A stretch of 62,583 nucleotides of DNA, the filler included, from Choristocarpus tenellus KU-1152 (lineage: Eukaryota > Protista > Phaeophyceae), in NCBI GenBank assembly GCA_964200185.2. It is 8 parts of 8 records of this genome, joined end to end, with 100 filler letters (N's around TTAATTAATTAA, not from the genome) between each part and the next. Parts side by side here need not be neighbours in the genome. Positions count along the whole stretch, not along the records: positions 11,629 to 31,599 come from CAXNAD020000426.1; positions 31,700 to 36,578 come from CAXNAD020012691.1; positions 36,679 to 44,689 come from CAXNAD020005272.1; 5 more parts are not named here. One strand, given 5' to 3'. Shown one piece after another: positions 24,701-36,739 of this stretch. The number at the start of each line of letters is the position of its first letter. Position 1 is the stretch's first letter. A program made the position numbers and the translations under genes. The notes under the pieces are model-generated. The model was not told the DNA's origin, ran no database searches, and was given only the letters and a program-made list of their open reading frames with translations.

Positions 24701-27700
24701 GACTCTCGAAATTTAACCCTAACACCTTCACAGTAGGAACTTTTGGGTGCCTTAAAAAGCAAGCCGAGAGTTTATTGGATTAAATAGTCACCCACGCTGT
24801 AGGGGGGGGAGGGGCCGGAATATATTGTAGGAAAGGGACAGTCAAGTCCCATTTGAGACGGATAAGTGTCTGTCACTGCGCAATTGGCTCTCTCGAGAGC
24901 TACCGTGCATTTCAAGCTGGAGACATAGTTTCGGTTTATCCCTGACAATTTCTGAAAAGTGTTTGAGGGCAAAATAATATAAATATAAATTATTGTGGTA
25001 TCCTGTTGTGTCATGTTCCTCACCATACGAGCTAAGAGATAGGTTGTCATAACCTGACCCGTGTGTGGGAAGAGTGGACCTGTAAATCACAAAAGCTGGT
25101 GAACGGGTTGTTATCTCTAATTAACTTGGCTCAGTCCCTGACAACCATGAAGCATCATTCACTCGAAGGAGTCGAGCTTCCTTCTCACACACCAACACCC
25201 CCCCCGTTTGCTAGTTGCCTACTCACCACGGTGTGCAGATACAGAGACAACGGACAGTTCAATCAACACCTATTTAAGTGTGGATTTACCAATGCAGTCA
25301 GAATTCCTAGAAGGGGTAGAAGATGGATAATTGTTTTGCCTTTTCCTCCTGCACAATGTAGAGTGCTGTAGTACAGGGATTGGTTCGTCAAGTAATAGTT
25401 GGCATGATACAAGAAGGATCACAAGGAATACCTTACTGCCCCTTGCAGAACCAGACCTTGAATCAGGAACAGGTGGAGTGGATAGCTTGAAGTAATCTAA
25501 ACCTTGCCACAGAATTACTTAAAGGTTAAGATATACGAATGTTGCTAGGGTGGTTAAATTGGCAGAGGCAAGTAGAAAATTGTTACAGTAATACAGTAGT
25601 AAGCGGGTCAATATTTGGTTTACCTGTAGGTAAGGCCATAGGATTGAGTACATGTGATGCATGTATGACGAAGACTCGCTAGGAATTGCTCATCACTCCC
25701 TCACGAGAACTCTGTGACTCGTTAAAGCAATACTACATCTATGCCCCAAACAAGTCAGCACCCCACAACAGATTGGGTTGATGACCTTGGCAGAGGGGTA
25801 GACACAAGTTCGCTTCACAACTACAACTTCGGGTCACCCAACGACAAAATTGGTTGATCAGCCTTCAGTGAGGATTTATGATGCTACTTTAAGACAGACC
25901 TAGGAACAGAGGAACATTTGATATAATCTCAATTTCAATATACAGATATGAGCATGTGGTTTGTGTTCTGGATAGAAGGGAAGTTGGGACTCCAAGAGCT
26001 ATGTACCGGATTAAGGATGTTGCACTAGTACTGATGCAGTGATTGAAGCCTGAATGATATGACAGCAATTTATATGGGCATTAGGGTTCAGGGTTCTCCA
26101 TGGCAAGCGACCCTGCTTCAATATTTATCAAATCCTCGAACACTAGGCCTAAGGACTTAACAAGTACCTCAATTAGCATATGAACAAGCGCTGTATCCTG
26201 TAGTCTAGACTTCAATAGTATGGTCTATCAGTGAACTCTCCCAAATTCTTGCGGTGTATACAGCCACATAATAATTACCAGTGAGAATTGACAGGTTGGG
26301 ATTAAGTTCTTCCTCACCTGAACTGTTTGTCAAAGAACTCTTGGGGGTCATAGCAGCACGAGGTGTTCAACCTAACCGTGGCTACTGACTGCTTTGCCTT
26401 AACGTGGTTTTGAAGATCTGCAACCCTAGCTCTCAGGGTCCAAATATAGGATATTCATAGTCCAGAGATCAGGATGCAAAGTGCTGATCGAAAGGTCATG
26501 CTCAAGTGTTACAGGATGCTGGTTTCAAAAACGCCATAATGACCTTGAAGTCCTAGACTTGATATACTTGTACTTCTTGACTATTTATTTATTATTTGGC
26601 CATTATGGCCGGTTCCCCATTGAGATAGGATATTGTTGACCAGTTGCTTTTATATATGATGATTGATACCTATGAAGGGAATAATTGAAGCGAGAGATCC
26701 AGCATACTTGACGACTTGTGCATCAGGAGTCCTGTACGTGCATCAACGCCATCTACAGACTCGTGTACTGGAGCTATACATCCCGTGGAGATAAGCTTTG
26801 GAGCGTGCTATGACACAATCACCAGTTGCACGAGGGGCTGTCATGATCCCCTTACGGAACAAAATCATACGTTACACACAATATTGATAGTTCCCATATA
26901 TAGTATTGTATGTTGCACTTTGAAGTAAGAAAAAATCGTTTGCTTAGAGGTAAGTTAATGTTTGACCTATTACAGAAGATCTGAATGATGCCATATAATA
27001 TTATTCAAATCCTATGTCTTAGATAGTACACAGTGGGTTTCGATATAAGGTGTAGCAATAGGTGAGATCATGTAGTCGAACTGATTTCTCCAGATGATAT
27101 TTTAAGTGATACACCTCACGATGCTCTGCCAAAGCTACTAACTCGCTGCCACTATTAAAATATACAACACAAATCTATCTACTTCTTGTATAGCAGTCTC
27201 CATTACGCACAAGAAAATATAACTAAACGGACAGAATTCCCTCAAACCCTTATCAATAAGTGCCAAATCAGGACCTCAAGGAATGCACAGGATAACCACC
27301 TGAGACGTTTTAGAATATGGTGGACCTGTATCAAGTGAGCGACAATTCAGCTATGGGCAACAAGTACGTCCTCAGAGTCATAGATGGAACGCTTGTACTG
27401 TTCTTAAACCTTCCCTTATAATGTCAAATCACAGCAGTGAACACTTCGAACTTAATTAATGAAATATATTATAAACATGGATAAATAAATACATTTTATC
27501 AAAATCTTCATGGACAAAATTGTGTTAGGGACAGGTTCCTTTTTGGGGATCTCCGACACACACATTATGCATAAAACGCGCGGTCATATACAATTGCGCG
27601 CGCCAACCACGTCCTTTGAGCTCATCCATACCGATCAGTCCAATAAACCAACCACATCAATAAATCCGGATTTGAACAAACAGCCAAAATGGACTATCAG

Positions 27701-30700
27701 AATGAAGAACCATTCCGATTCTGACCGATCCATTTCTTTGCTGTGACATTGCTCAGTCATTCGGGAACGTCTGTTGTGTTTAAGGTTTTTGGTCTGTACT
27801 GGATTTCCTCATCTGTTCTGAGATGTTGAGCCAAGGCCTTTGAAACTCGGTCTCACCCTCTGAGGTGAAGGAGTTTCAGTCCGGTGATTGTGATTGCCCC
27901 TTGAGCAGAGAACTTGGCACCTTTGCCCTTCCACAATTGCAACAATATTTTATTAGAAGGGAAACTTGAGAAGATCTTCGATCGAATGTATATACATTAG
28001 ACCAAATCGGGGAGTGAAAGTATCTTAGAGGGGACAAGTTTTTCCCTATTTGTCCATTTGGGGCTTGACTTCCCACGTTTTTTTTATTACATATCATGTA
28101 CTCCAAAATGTTTCGGAGTATGTAAAATGTGTACGTTATGAAAAGGTGTATTCAGAAAAAGGATATCGACATCTCCTTGCAAACATGATAGCCAAAATTA
28201 CATCAAAATTTTGCAACATTGGATTTTGGCCCCCAAATGGGCGTGGCTCTACCCTCCAAGATACTTTGACTCCGGGGACTTCCAAAGCCATATAACATTT
28301 GAACCCAACACGCAGAAGTAACGAGTGCATGTTCTGATTATGTTAGGTGCAACCTGACTCTGATTATTTAATAACTTTGAACCAATCACCAAAAGGTAAC
28401 AAGTGTATGCATTGATTAGGTCAAGTGCAAGCTGGCTCCGATTATATTTTGTGACTCTTGGATATGACACTCCCAACTGAAGCATAAGTACACTTGTATT
28501 AGTTATAAGGTCACAGGGGTAAATCGGAACTGGGGAATCTATTATTTCAAGTTGGAGATGTACGATTTGTAACTTTTGAATCAGACATTCAGATGTAAAA
28601 AGCAAATGATCTGATTAGGCCAGGTGCAAGCTGACTTTGATTGTATTTATGACTCTTGGAAGACACTACTGAATGTATAATTCAATCAGTTCTGACATAA
28701 TACAGGTAAACTGGAATTGGGGACCCATAAATTTTCATAACACTGAGTATTATCCTTTGTAGCTGATGGATTGACATGTGTATTAGAGCCAAAGTATCTT
28801 AGAGGGTAGAGCCGCGTCCAAATTCCAACGTTGCAATTTTGATGTAATATTGGCTATCGTATTTGATAGGAAGTGTCAATATCCTTGTTCCGGTCACACC
28901 TTTTCATGACGCATACACTGGAGTAGGAAAATGTCATTAAAAAAAAACATGGGAAGGAAAGTCTCAAACGGACAAACAGGGCATAACTCGTATCCTCTAA
29001 TATACTTTCACTCATTACTGAGTATTAGACTAGACCGAGTGATTGTTGTAGAGTGAGTGAGTCGATAAACGACTTCTTTCGAGTTGAGTTGACAATTGCT
29101 TGTTGCAACAATGAAAAATATGACCCGCTTAGTTCACCTTGGGGATTATGTGAGAGACGATTATTGTAGCGTATCCATTGCTACCCCCCCTCTACCAGTG
29201 CAAGCAGCAATTATGCAACCAAATAGTTGTGGAAGAGCAGAATCAAGTCACTGTAGTAACAGAATAAAAACTGCAACTTGAGAATAAGTAAGCAGTTTTC
29301 AGTTGTATTACGGGTTCTGAAAACTGACATTTTAGATTAAAATCAAGTTTTTCATGCCCTCGATTATTTATCTGTGGTTCAGTCACACACTTAACTATGT
29401 GACTGTCTAAGGTACACCCTTATATCACCCATTTCCGCTGGTTATCAGCCATCGACACATTTGTGAGGGGGCATCATCAAGCCTTACAGTCTGTCCACAG
29501 GCTTGAGGATTGGAGCTACATATCCAATTATAGCAAAGTGCTGGGCGTGTTGAAATATACAGTTTTCATTTTGTTAGTCACCAGCAGAGAACAGAATCTC
29601 AACAAACAACAAAATTACATCTTGGTGCTATGTCTCACGTACTGATGTATGCTGCAGGCACAGATTATATGTTTTGAATATGCATTGCAGGCACTGGCAT
29701 GATTTGAGTACAGAAGGCCCTCTGTTACTATCTCAGAACGGTTAGTGTGAACATAAGGGACTGGGACAAACTCCCAGCAGGAGCAGATGAGATAAGGGAG
29801 GGAAAGCAATCGCGAGTTTACTACCCATCACTCACCTCATCAATACCTTTTTCGACCATTTGAGATGAGGAGATGCAGCAGAACCAGTCCCACCTTGCCG
29901 CCTTTTGCCTCCTTCCATCCATTGCTAGGAGTGCTACAAAAGAAGTTACCTATGTGGCACGATGCAATGAAGACCAAGGAGTCAAACTGAAGCACACAAT
30001 GAAGCCTTGCTACAGCATCTTACTAACATATTTGTGTTCAGTTGGAAAGGGCTCCTGGTAGGACAGTGAGAGTTTCGCCTTCAATCACAACTTCATCGTG
30101 CAATCTAGTACTACTACATATTATCATAATATCATTTTTTGGTATTTTAAAGCAAGTTGGGTGTTACTGTTGCTCCTCGTCTTGTGACAGACGCTCCTCT
30201 GGAGTGGATTTCCAAACAATAACAAACGTAGCATATCTCGTAGGTGCAAATTAGTGTCCGTACATCAACTCTTGCCTTAAGTTTGACTCTGATATGTAAT
30301 CTGGAGTAGCGTACAATGTCGTGCATTGTACGTTACATTATATGTATCGAACCTGTAAAAGGTAGTCAAATAGGATAGCTGTGCCAGCATAGAAGCAAAA
30401 ATACTCCACAGCAGGGAGGGAGATCATGCTGCCCAACATGAAAGCCAGGAAGTCCGTGAGGGATGTGTCTTCACAACATGAAACAGCAGTCCAGTGAAAC
30501 ATATGCGCATGCAACCGTACATAGGCATGCACATGTACATCTCAGACAGAGATGAAAGAAATAGAGTATTCCACATTGGGTAGAAGTTCATTAAAAGGTA
30601 ACTAAGACAAAGTTGAAAGCGGCAGAGTGACATAGGAAAGTATGCGAAGGGTTGACGAATGGTATTCCTCCTGGTAACAACTAGCTATCCAAGCTCTCCA

Positions 30701-31191
30701 ACATACGAATTTCTTCCATCTACTATGACAATTTGCAAAGGGACAAATTTCCAAGCTGCAGCAGCACAAAATGATCATAGCTCTACACAGTGACCCAAAA
30801 CATGAGGGAAAACGATACTCACAGGTAATAGAAAGTCCGACCCTAGACAAAGCCTTGCCAACCCTCTCTGGTATTGGTAGGTTGATGTCCATGTGGTCAT
30901 ATGCGGCGACAATGATAATCTGTATCGATTACCCATGGTGATTGGACCCACACAATTGGGTAAACAAAGTGAGTGTTGGTGTTGAGAACGGGGTGACAGG
31001 GGATACAGAGATTCAGATCTAAGTTGGAAGCAATGACCCCTAAGTAATGAATGCAGCTTCAGATATACAACAGAAACCCCCTTGCCAGGTCCTGGTATTA
31101 TCAGTCAAGCAAAGTGCACCCACCATGTCGTCAACTCCAACACCAATGAGGACGAAGGGTAAGATCTGCGATATTGATGTAAATGGAACAC
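12799..31191 (-). CDS. Patched/NPC1-family sterol-sensing-domain membrane protein (partial; 10 exons)
   Basis: Phase-consistent exons: 31124-31191 (VPFTSISQILPFVLIGVGVDDM), 30823-30919 (IIIVAAYDH...RVGKALSRVGLSIT), 30353-30468 (YTSLTDFLAF...PAVEYFCFYAGTAILFDYLLQ), 29836-29949 (VTSFVALLAMDGRRQKAARWDWFCC), 19231-19409, 18913-19021 (FMVNKYAPVLLSKPGKVIVL), 18312-18369 (GFDLLDLVPDYSYVRE), 17799-17899, 17087-17199 (GPISSWITFFMSW), 12799-12940 (FYTALIAF...RFGNDIV). Classic SSD motifs. 5' and 3' exons not located. Confidence 0.9.
13900..15560 (+). mobile_element. Degenerate LINE (RT, probable APE endonuclease) inside host intron
   Basis: IGTLNI-like motif (~14090), PGP (~14560), DLLQIKD...CVTYKEYTS and VVKVDLEDPF (ORF 14703-14954) resemble LINE RT domains 0-3. 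Many stops. Confidence 0.5.
15650..16650 (-). mobile_element. Penelope-like retroelement remnant
   Basis: ORF 16230-16631 DPDFYMRSF...LLVGTRAVMPLLQIFH resembles PSYIKDS...LVTxDVxSLYTNIPH; downstream SRHTLNG...ARTYS resembles the PLE RT C-terminus. Confidence 0.4.
16096..16141 (+). repeat. 11-bp tandem repeat (GTATTAGACAC) x4
   Basis: Directly visible. Confidence 0.85.
18495..18733. mobile_element. MITE family C, right end truncated
   Basis: Starts GAGTCAAAGTAAACGAGAGGTACCCAG and ends CCTGGGTA; homologous to 2966-3208 and 59573-59829. Confidence 0.7.
19816..20040 (+). repeat. Dispersed repeat, direct copy of 29311-29512
   Basis: Shared GGGTTCTGAAAAC...CATGCCCTCGATT...ATCACCCATTTCC...CGACACAT...CTTGAGG. 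Confidence 0.7.
21000..24760 (+). mobile_element. CRE-like non-LTR retrotransposon (RT plus restriction-like endonuclease), degenerate
   Basis: Pro-rich 5' region, CxxC motif near 22325, RT motifs QFGVGAPNGVE and LDGKSDFN...EVLPGLLAYVAEVYG, GGLGL (~23830), C-terminal DL...KGLLLDVA REL-like motif. Stops and frameshifts present. Confidence 0.75.
25400..26560 (+). mobile_element. Penelope-like retroelement remnant
   Basis: GTFDIIS...YTD (~25910-25950) and GFSMASDPASIF (~26090-26125) resemble PLE RT motifs; highly decayed. Confidence 0.35.
27523..27935 (+). mobile_element. Solo LTR-like element (413 bp)
   Basis: TGTTAGGG...CTTCCACA termini with 4-bp TSD ATTG (27519-27522 / 27936-27939). Confidence 0.75.
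28012..28272 (+). mobile_element. MITE family A
   Basis: Full TIRs; TSD CGGG. Confidence 0.92.
28330..28730 (+). repeat. Degenerate tandem repeat, 3 copies of TGATTAGGYCARGTGCAAGCTGRCT...
   Basis: Motif at ~28335, 28413 and 28612; the last two also share ACAGGTAAAYYGGAAYTGGGGA. Confidence 0.65.
28786..29013 (-). mobile_element. MITE family A (internally deleted)
   Basis: Full TIRs; TSD ATTA. Confidence 0.9.
29311..29512 (+). repeat. Dispersed repeat, direct copy of 19816-20040
   Basis: See partner feature. Confidence 0.7.
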
Positions 31192-31361
31192 CTGTGCAAG
31201 CATTGCCATGGGAACAATACATGAGGGCATCGTTTTCAGTAAACCTCTATACCTCTATGTTGTACAGCAAACGACTATAGTGAGGTAACATGTACTCTTT
31301 CATACATGACAGGTGCAGAGGCACCAAGAAGCGTCGCACAATCTGTCAGACCAAAACCAAA

Positions 31362-31755
31362 GGCTCAAAGTATCCGGGGAGGGGTGGTGGTTGTCCAATT
31401 GGAGCTCATATTTCCATATCACGATTTTTGGGTCATTTGGTTGCATGCGTCAGATGGATAATATAAGTATACTTTTCCTGGTCAGGGCCCAAATGGACAC
31501 CCTGATGTAGATCCCCCCCCCCCCCCCCCCCCCCCCTTTTCCCCCCCCCCCCCTATTGTTTCCTTTTCTTCTCTTTTTTTTTGTACTCCCTCATCCATTN
31601 NNNNNNNNNNNNNNNNNNNNNNNNNNNNNNNNNNNNNNNNNNNTTAATTAATTAANNNNNNNNNNNNNNNNNNNNNNNNNNNNNNNNNNNNNNNNNNNNA
31701 TGAAAAAATTGACCCCAAATGGACAGCCGCCACCCCCTCCCAGATACTTTGAGCC
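31362..31755. mobile_element. MITE family B pieces on both sides of a gap
   Basis: GGCTCAAAGTATCCGGGG at 31362 and CCCAGATACTTTGAGCC at 31755; long poly-C before the gap. Confidence 0.75.
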
Positions 31756-33151
31756 CGAAGGCCCACTTAAGTAGATACGACCTGTTACAAGGAATGGTTT
31801 GTTGGCAAGCATGTCATACCCTTATCTCCAGAGATAGGGAGCAGGAACAAAGCGTTAGAGATTCCACAGCCAAGCACTTCTGAAGCGCATGTCATTCACT
31901 ACACTTATCGTATTGGATTTGAGTGTTTACAAACCATGCACCATAGTCTTCGTCGTAAGATGTGCGACTCATTCCCTCCCAAAAAATAATCAGCGGTCAT
32001 TTTCCACCTGTTTATAGACAATGCAACCTCACCCACCTCTAAAAATTGCATTGAAAAAGAAAGTCAGCCCAGCTTGCTCAACTACCCCCCCCTTAACCCG
32101 TACACGTCAATCAGTGTACCTGCAGCGTCATGGCCATCCCTAGGGCCCCGCTGGGACAGCTATGAGTGTCTTCAGCAATGAATCTTTTTCGCCATGCAAC
32201 TCCTCTCCTTGCCTGCATACTCCGCAGGAGCTGCAAGAGAAACACGCCACAAAAAAATTGAGGCAGGAAGGTGGACAGGACTCACAAACTCTTCACACTG
32301 ACTCCTATATCAAACCTGTACCTATACACGTATTGGCATGTCTTGCCATGATTTGTCCTGTGTTGGATGAAGCGACCGTTAAATGACGCAACATACTTCA
32401 GATTTGAAGGCCATCCATCTCTCTCGCTGTCTTGCCCATCTTAAGGCTCAGCAGTTCAAGGGAATCTCACGGACTACTGCCCGCGCCTCAAAGGGGGGTT
32501 GGTTAGTTTGTCTTGAATGAACAGCCTTCATTCAATAGGCGAAGGCATTTTTTTCCTGTAAAAGAAGTGGAATATATTCTTTGGCGCAGATGAAGAAATG
32601 AATACCGCAAGGGCAGGTACTGGGTACACCGCCCCAAGGGAGTCTTGCGAAAATTTACTATTCCCAATTGAAAATTGACGCCTAACACCATTTGGGACAA
32701 GACCTAAGCTTTAAAGTAGGATGACGCATGTGCTCTCATGCGATCCAAACTTTTCGAAAAACACACTGAAATCCTCGGAATATGTACTCCAAGGGAGAGA
32801 GAAGGGCAGTTTTTCTCAGAGAGTTAGGCTGTTGTGACATTGAGCCTCTCTGATATATCGAACAACGCTTGAAATGCCGTATTTGGTAAAGCATTGTTCG
32901 ATGTATATATTATCCCCCAAACAACATCATATTCTCCTTCCACAGCACCTTGGCTTACACCGAAACACTAAGAACTAAGGGGAAGGTACCCTGCATGGAC
33001 GATATCCATGGACATTGCTCAAACTTATTATAGCAATAGGGCCGAATCTTCACCTTTTGAGACAATAAACTTCAAAGTTTCCAGTTTTTATAAATATATT
33101 GTATTAGAACATCTCAAGTTGCCGTAACCCAAGAGATCTATGGGTGACAAA

Positions 33152-33411
33152 GACCCAAAGCATTTATGAGGGTATGAGTTCTGCTCTGTTTGTCCTTTCG
33201 GGGCTTGGCTGCCCATGGGTTTTTTATGCCCTTAGTCGGTTTTCTATGTGAACACAGTTACCTAAAATGTATACAATTATGAAAGGCGTGCTTGGTGCAA
33301 GGATATTGACACTTGCTAACAAACATGACAGTCAAAATTCATCAAAATTGCAATCGTAGATTTATGATCCCGAAACGGACATAGCCCTACCCCTCTTAAA
33401 TGCTTTGACTC
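33152..33411 (+). mobile_element. Diverged MITE-A subfamily copy
   Basis: GACCCAAAGCATTTATGAGGGT...CCCTCTTAAATGCTTTGACTC; body homologous to MITE-A; no TSD. Confidence 0.75.
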
Positions 33412-33926
33412 AGTGGGAGACATCACCAAGTAACACCCTGACATATATGATGTCAGTAAAAGCTCTCAAATTATTCCGAACGGTATTGGAAAAAAGAAAT
33501 TGTACTGCCAAGCCTAACCCTACACCTCAAGAATACAAGTCTTCATCCTTCAAACTTGAGCCTTGAACTGTATTGAACGGGACTGCCATTGCCTATGACA
33601 CACTTAATGGTGAGATGATGAAGCAGAGCACTGCCATTGCGAATTATTGACCAATGGGTCATGGATATAGTGGTGCTGACTCTCTAGAAGTGTTGCGATG
33701 TTGCTAGCTTGAATGAGTATATTTTCTCCAGCCGGGAAATACATAAAACAAGAAGGGCGGGGGACTGTTCATGTCCACAGGCTATGCATTTCTCAGTTCC
33801 ATTCGAGTTCAGTGTTCTTTGGTGATAGCGTTGTTCTCTGCATTTGTATCATAAGTGTGTACTCTCCTTTGAGACGACACTCCCTTGATTTGTCCAAGGA
33901 TGTCCATCGGAGAGGCTCACAGTAAC

Positions 33927-34190
33927 TGGGGGGGGGGGGGGGGGGGGGGGGTACAGAAGGGGGATTGTTGGGGTGCGGACCAGGAAAAGGGCACTAACAT
34001 TTTAANNNNNNNNNNGGGCTGGGGGGGGTTGGGTAGGGGTGGGGAGGGGTCTACACTAGGGTGATCGTTCGGGTCCTGACCATGAAAAGTGCACTTACAT
34101 TTTCAATCCAACGCATGCAACCAAATCACACAAAAATCGTAATATGAAAAAGTGATGGACAGCTGCCCCTCCCCCCAGATACTTTGAGCC
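33927..34190 (+). mobile_element. MITE family B with poly-G and short N run
   Basis: Ends CCCCCCAGATACTTTGAGCC; body homologous to 47680-47840. Confidence 0.7.
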
Positions 34191-36504
34191 AGAGAGAGAC
34201 ACAGACACATACCAAGGCCTTGTGCCCCTCCTCTGCTATTGTCCTCACATAGTTGATATCATATTGGCACTAGCGCAATGCAAGAGCAAATCGCCTATTG
34301 AGCAGAAATCAATTGAAATTAGGGTGCTTTGATGCTACAGCAGTCGAGGAGGGAGTAACACCACAGAAGTATTAAGATGCACCCATGGGATGACGAGGCA
34401 TTATGCTGCAATGTTTGACGAGGTCATAGTAGGAGCCATACACTTGTCCAATTTCACATCACAGATGGTGACACAATGAAAAGAAGGGGGATCCCAGAAT
34501 CCGGTTGTGATAATGGCGAGAAGGTGGGAGTGACCCATGTCTTCACAGAGTAAACACCAAGTAGCACGGTTGATAAGGAGGAGAGTTGATAATAAAAGCA
34601 GCAAACAATATATATGTCAATGAAAAATCGACTTCTTGGGCCAGTCTACTCACTCTGCCTGAAGAGAGGGTGCAACTGCCAACAGCGCTCCCTTTCCTGC
34701 CCCTGCCCTCACCTCCACCACCCCTACACCAATCACTGCTCCAACCAAGGTTGTCTTGATCTTTTCCCCACTCCTCCTCCTCCTTGCCCTCATCCCAGAC
34801 TCTTGAACGGGGCGATGTTGTTGTGGAGGAGGAACAAGAGCGGTGGGAGGGAGGGGAGGCCACACCCGAAGAGGAGGAGGTATGGTCTTGACACATGGAA
34901 GGTGACACCGACTTCATCCCCAGTAAGGATATTCTGTCGCACATCTCCGCCCACAGTACCCTCCGGTCCGGGGTGGAAAAGGCACGAATCTGTTGGGAAG
35001 AACGGCAGTCCAAAGGCGGGAGTTAGAAGAGGTCATAACCATTGCTGCGGAGGCAAACAGGAAGCGGTTTTCCCCCTGCAGTTGTAGAAATAGATTCTTC
35101 CAAGTTGATCTAGATTTCCTCAGTGCACCAGGGGGGCGGAAAGGAAACTGTTCTTTGGCCCTAGCTCCAGCATGGTGCGAATGCAGAAAAGTTGCACAAT
35201 TACTGTAGGAATTTTGAAATATATTGTGTATATGTATATGTGCCAATTGTTTTATGTAGGAGTGTGCATACCCATTGCATATCGTTCATGTTCCATTGAT
35301 CCGCTTCACTAGACGCTGCATTGTCGTTTTTCTCGCCACTGTTACCTCCAAGCTACTGAATTGACACTTTTTGGGGTGAAGTATGTGTGTGTGTGTGGTG
35401 GTGATTGTCAGGCAACGCTCCTGGAGGCACAGGAACGTTTATTTATTGCCAATCATTTAGAGGTCTCTATTGTGAGCATGGGATGTGCTCCCAAGCGTAC
35501 ATTATGCATCCTTTCTTCTCTCTTCATAGCTTCTGAAAAAGTATTGTGCGAACATTTTTTTTCAAGGTTCTCCACTTTTCCCAGGTAACAGAATGATGTG
35601 TGTCAGCTTCCCTCATTGTCATGTTCACAACCAGCACAACATGCGTATAGAATGACCTCATACTTAAAAAATGGTAAGTTTTGTTGGACACTGCACTATA
35701 CCATCACATGTCGATACACTTCCAAACCAATACTTTATATGTCGCCAGGCAGAGACCTCAAACACGAACTAAACAAAAAAATACTCCGGAGTACTCAATT
35801 TCTTCATAGGTCCAGAATGCAAAAGAAGATCATTTTTTTAAATAAATAGTACTACATGTATTTTGGAATAATGACATCATAATTACAACTTACTCCTACT
35901 CACCAGGGTGAGAAGTTCCTGTTGGCAAAGCACCACCAGCAATCCCAGGTCCTCCATGGCTTTTTGAAAACTATGGTGATTCTCGAAGTAGTGGTCTGTC
36001 TCCTTACACCCAATCCAGCCACCATCGCCCTCTTTATTCGATACTCGGTCACTTGTCCACTTAGCAGGTATGTCCGCCACAGGTGCTGGCCCGTCCCATT
36101 TCGTGTTGATCCCACCAACCCTGCTGCCAACATTGGGCCTTTGTGCCTGTCATTCCGAGTGATTTAGTGAGGGAAAAGGTGGGTATGGGGGGCAGCCATC
36201 GAGAGGTTTGCTGTGTTGCTGAAAAACATCTACTTTTGTTTGTTCAAGAGGTTTCTTCAAGAGGATAGTAGTGAACAAAGTCATCAGTGGAGTTACTGAT
36301 ATGGTATTGTTTGCCTCAATGATCAAGCTGGAGCACCGGTACTTGGTGGACTATTCTTGCTGTGCTTCAACCTGGCGACGGTTACAACACCCCCCAATCG
36401 TCACACAACATCACACAACATTTCACCCCCCCACCAAGAGCCGTACGACTCTCCCTTAGCCTCTGGACCATCTGCGACGCGAGTCCCGTAGCCAAGCGGC
36501 AAGG

Positions 36505-36578
36505 GGGTCAAATTATCTTGGGGGGGGGGGGGGGGGTTGTGAGGGGGCGTCCGTTTCGGTTAGACAACAAATTTTTTT
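36505..36578 (+). mobile_element. Long-spacer terminus of Sola2-like element, abutting a gap
   Basis: GGGTCAAATTATCTTG(n)TTGTGAGGGGGCGTCCGTTTCGGTTAGACAAC. Confidence 0.75.
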
Positions 36579-36678
36579 NNNNNNNNNNNNNNNNNNNNNN
36601 NNNNNNNNNNNNNNNNNNNNNNTTAATTAATTAANNNNNNNNNNNNNNNNNNNNNNNNNNNNNNNNNNNNNNNNNNNN

Positions 36679-36739
36679 AAGCAATCCGGCTGGGTTTATC
36701 ACCTTTATCCTCTTTGATGATTTTGGGGATACTTTAACA
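36679..36739 (+). mobile_element. Copia LTR 3' end fragment
   Basis: AAGCAATC..CTGGGTTT.ATCACCTTT...TGATGATTT.GG.GATACTTTAACA matches 55710-55771. Confidence 0.65.

Noticed and set aside
32250-32450. Possible hAT dimerisation-domain remnant (IHVLACLAMICPV)
   Set aside because: Similarity too weak and no supporting TIRs or 8-bp TSD.
34543-35246. Overlapping ORFs on both strands
   Set aside because: Low-complexity GC-rich sequence with stops in the most plausible frame; no recognisable domain.
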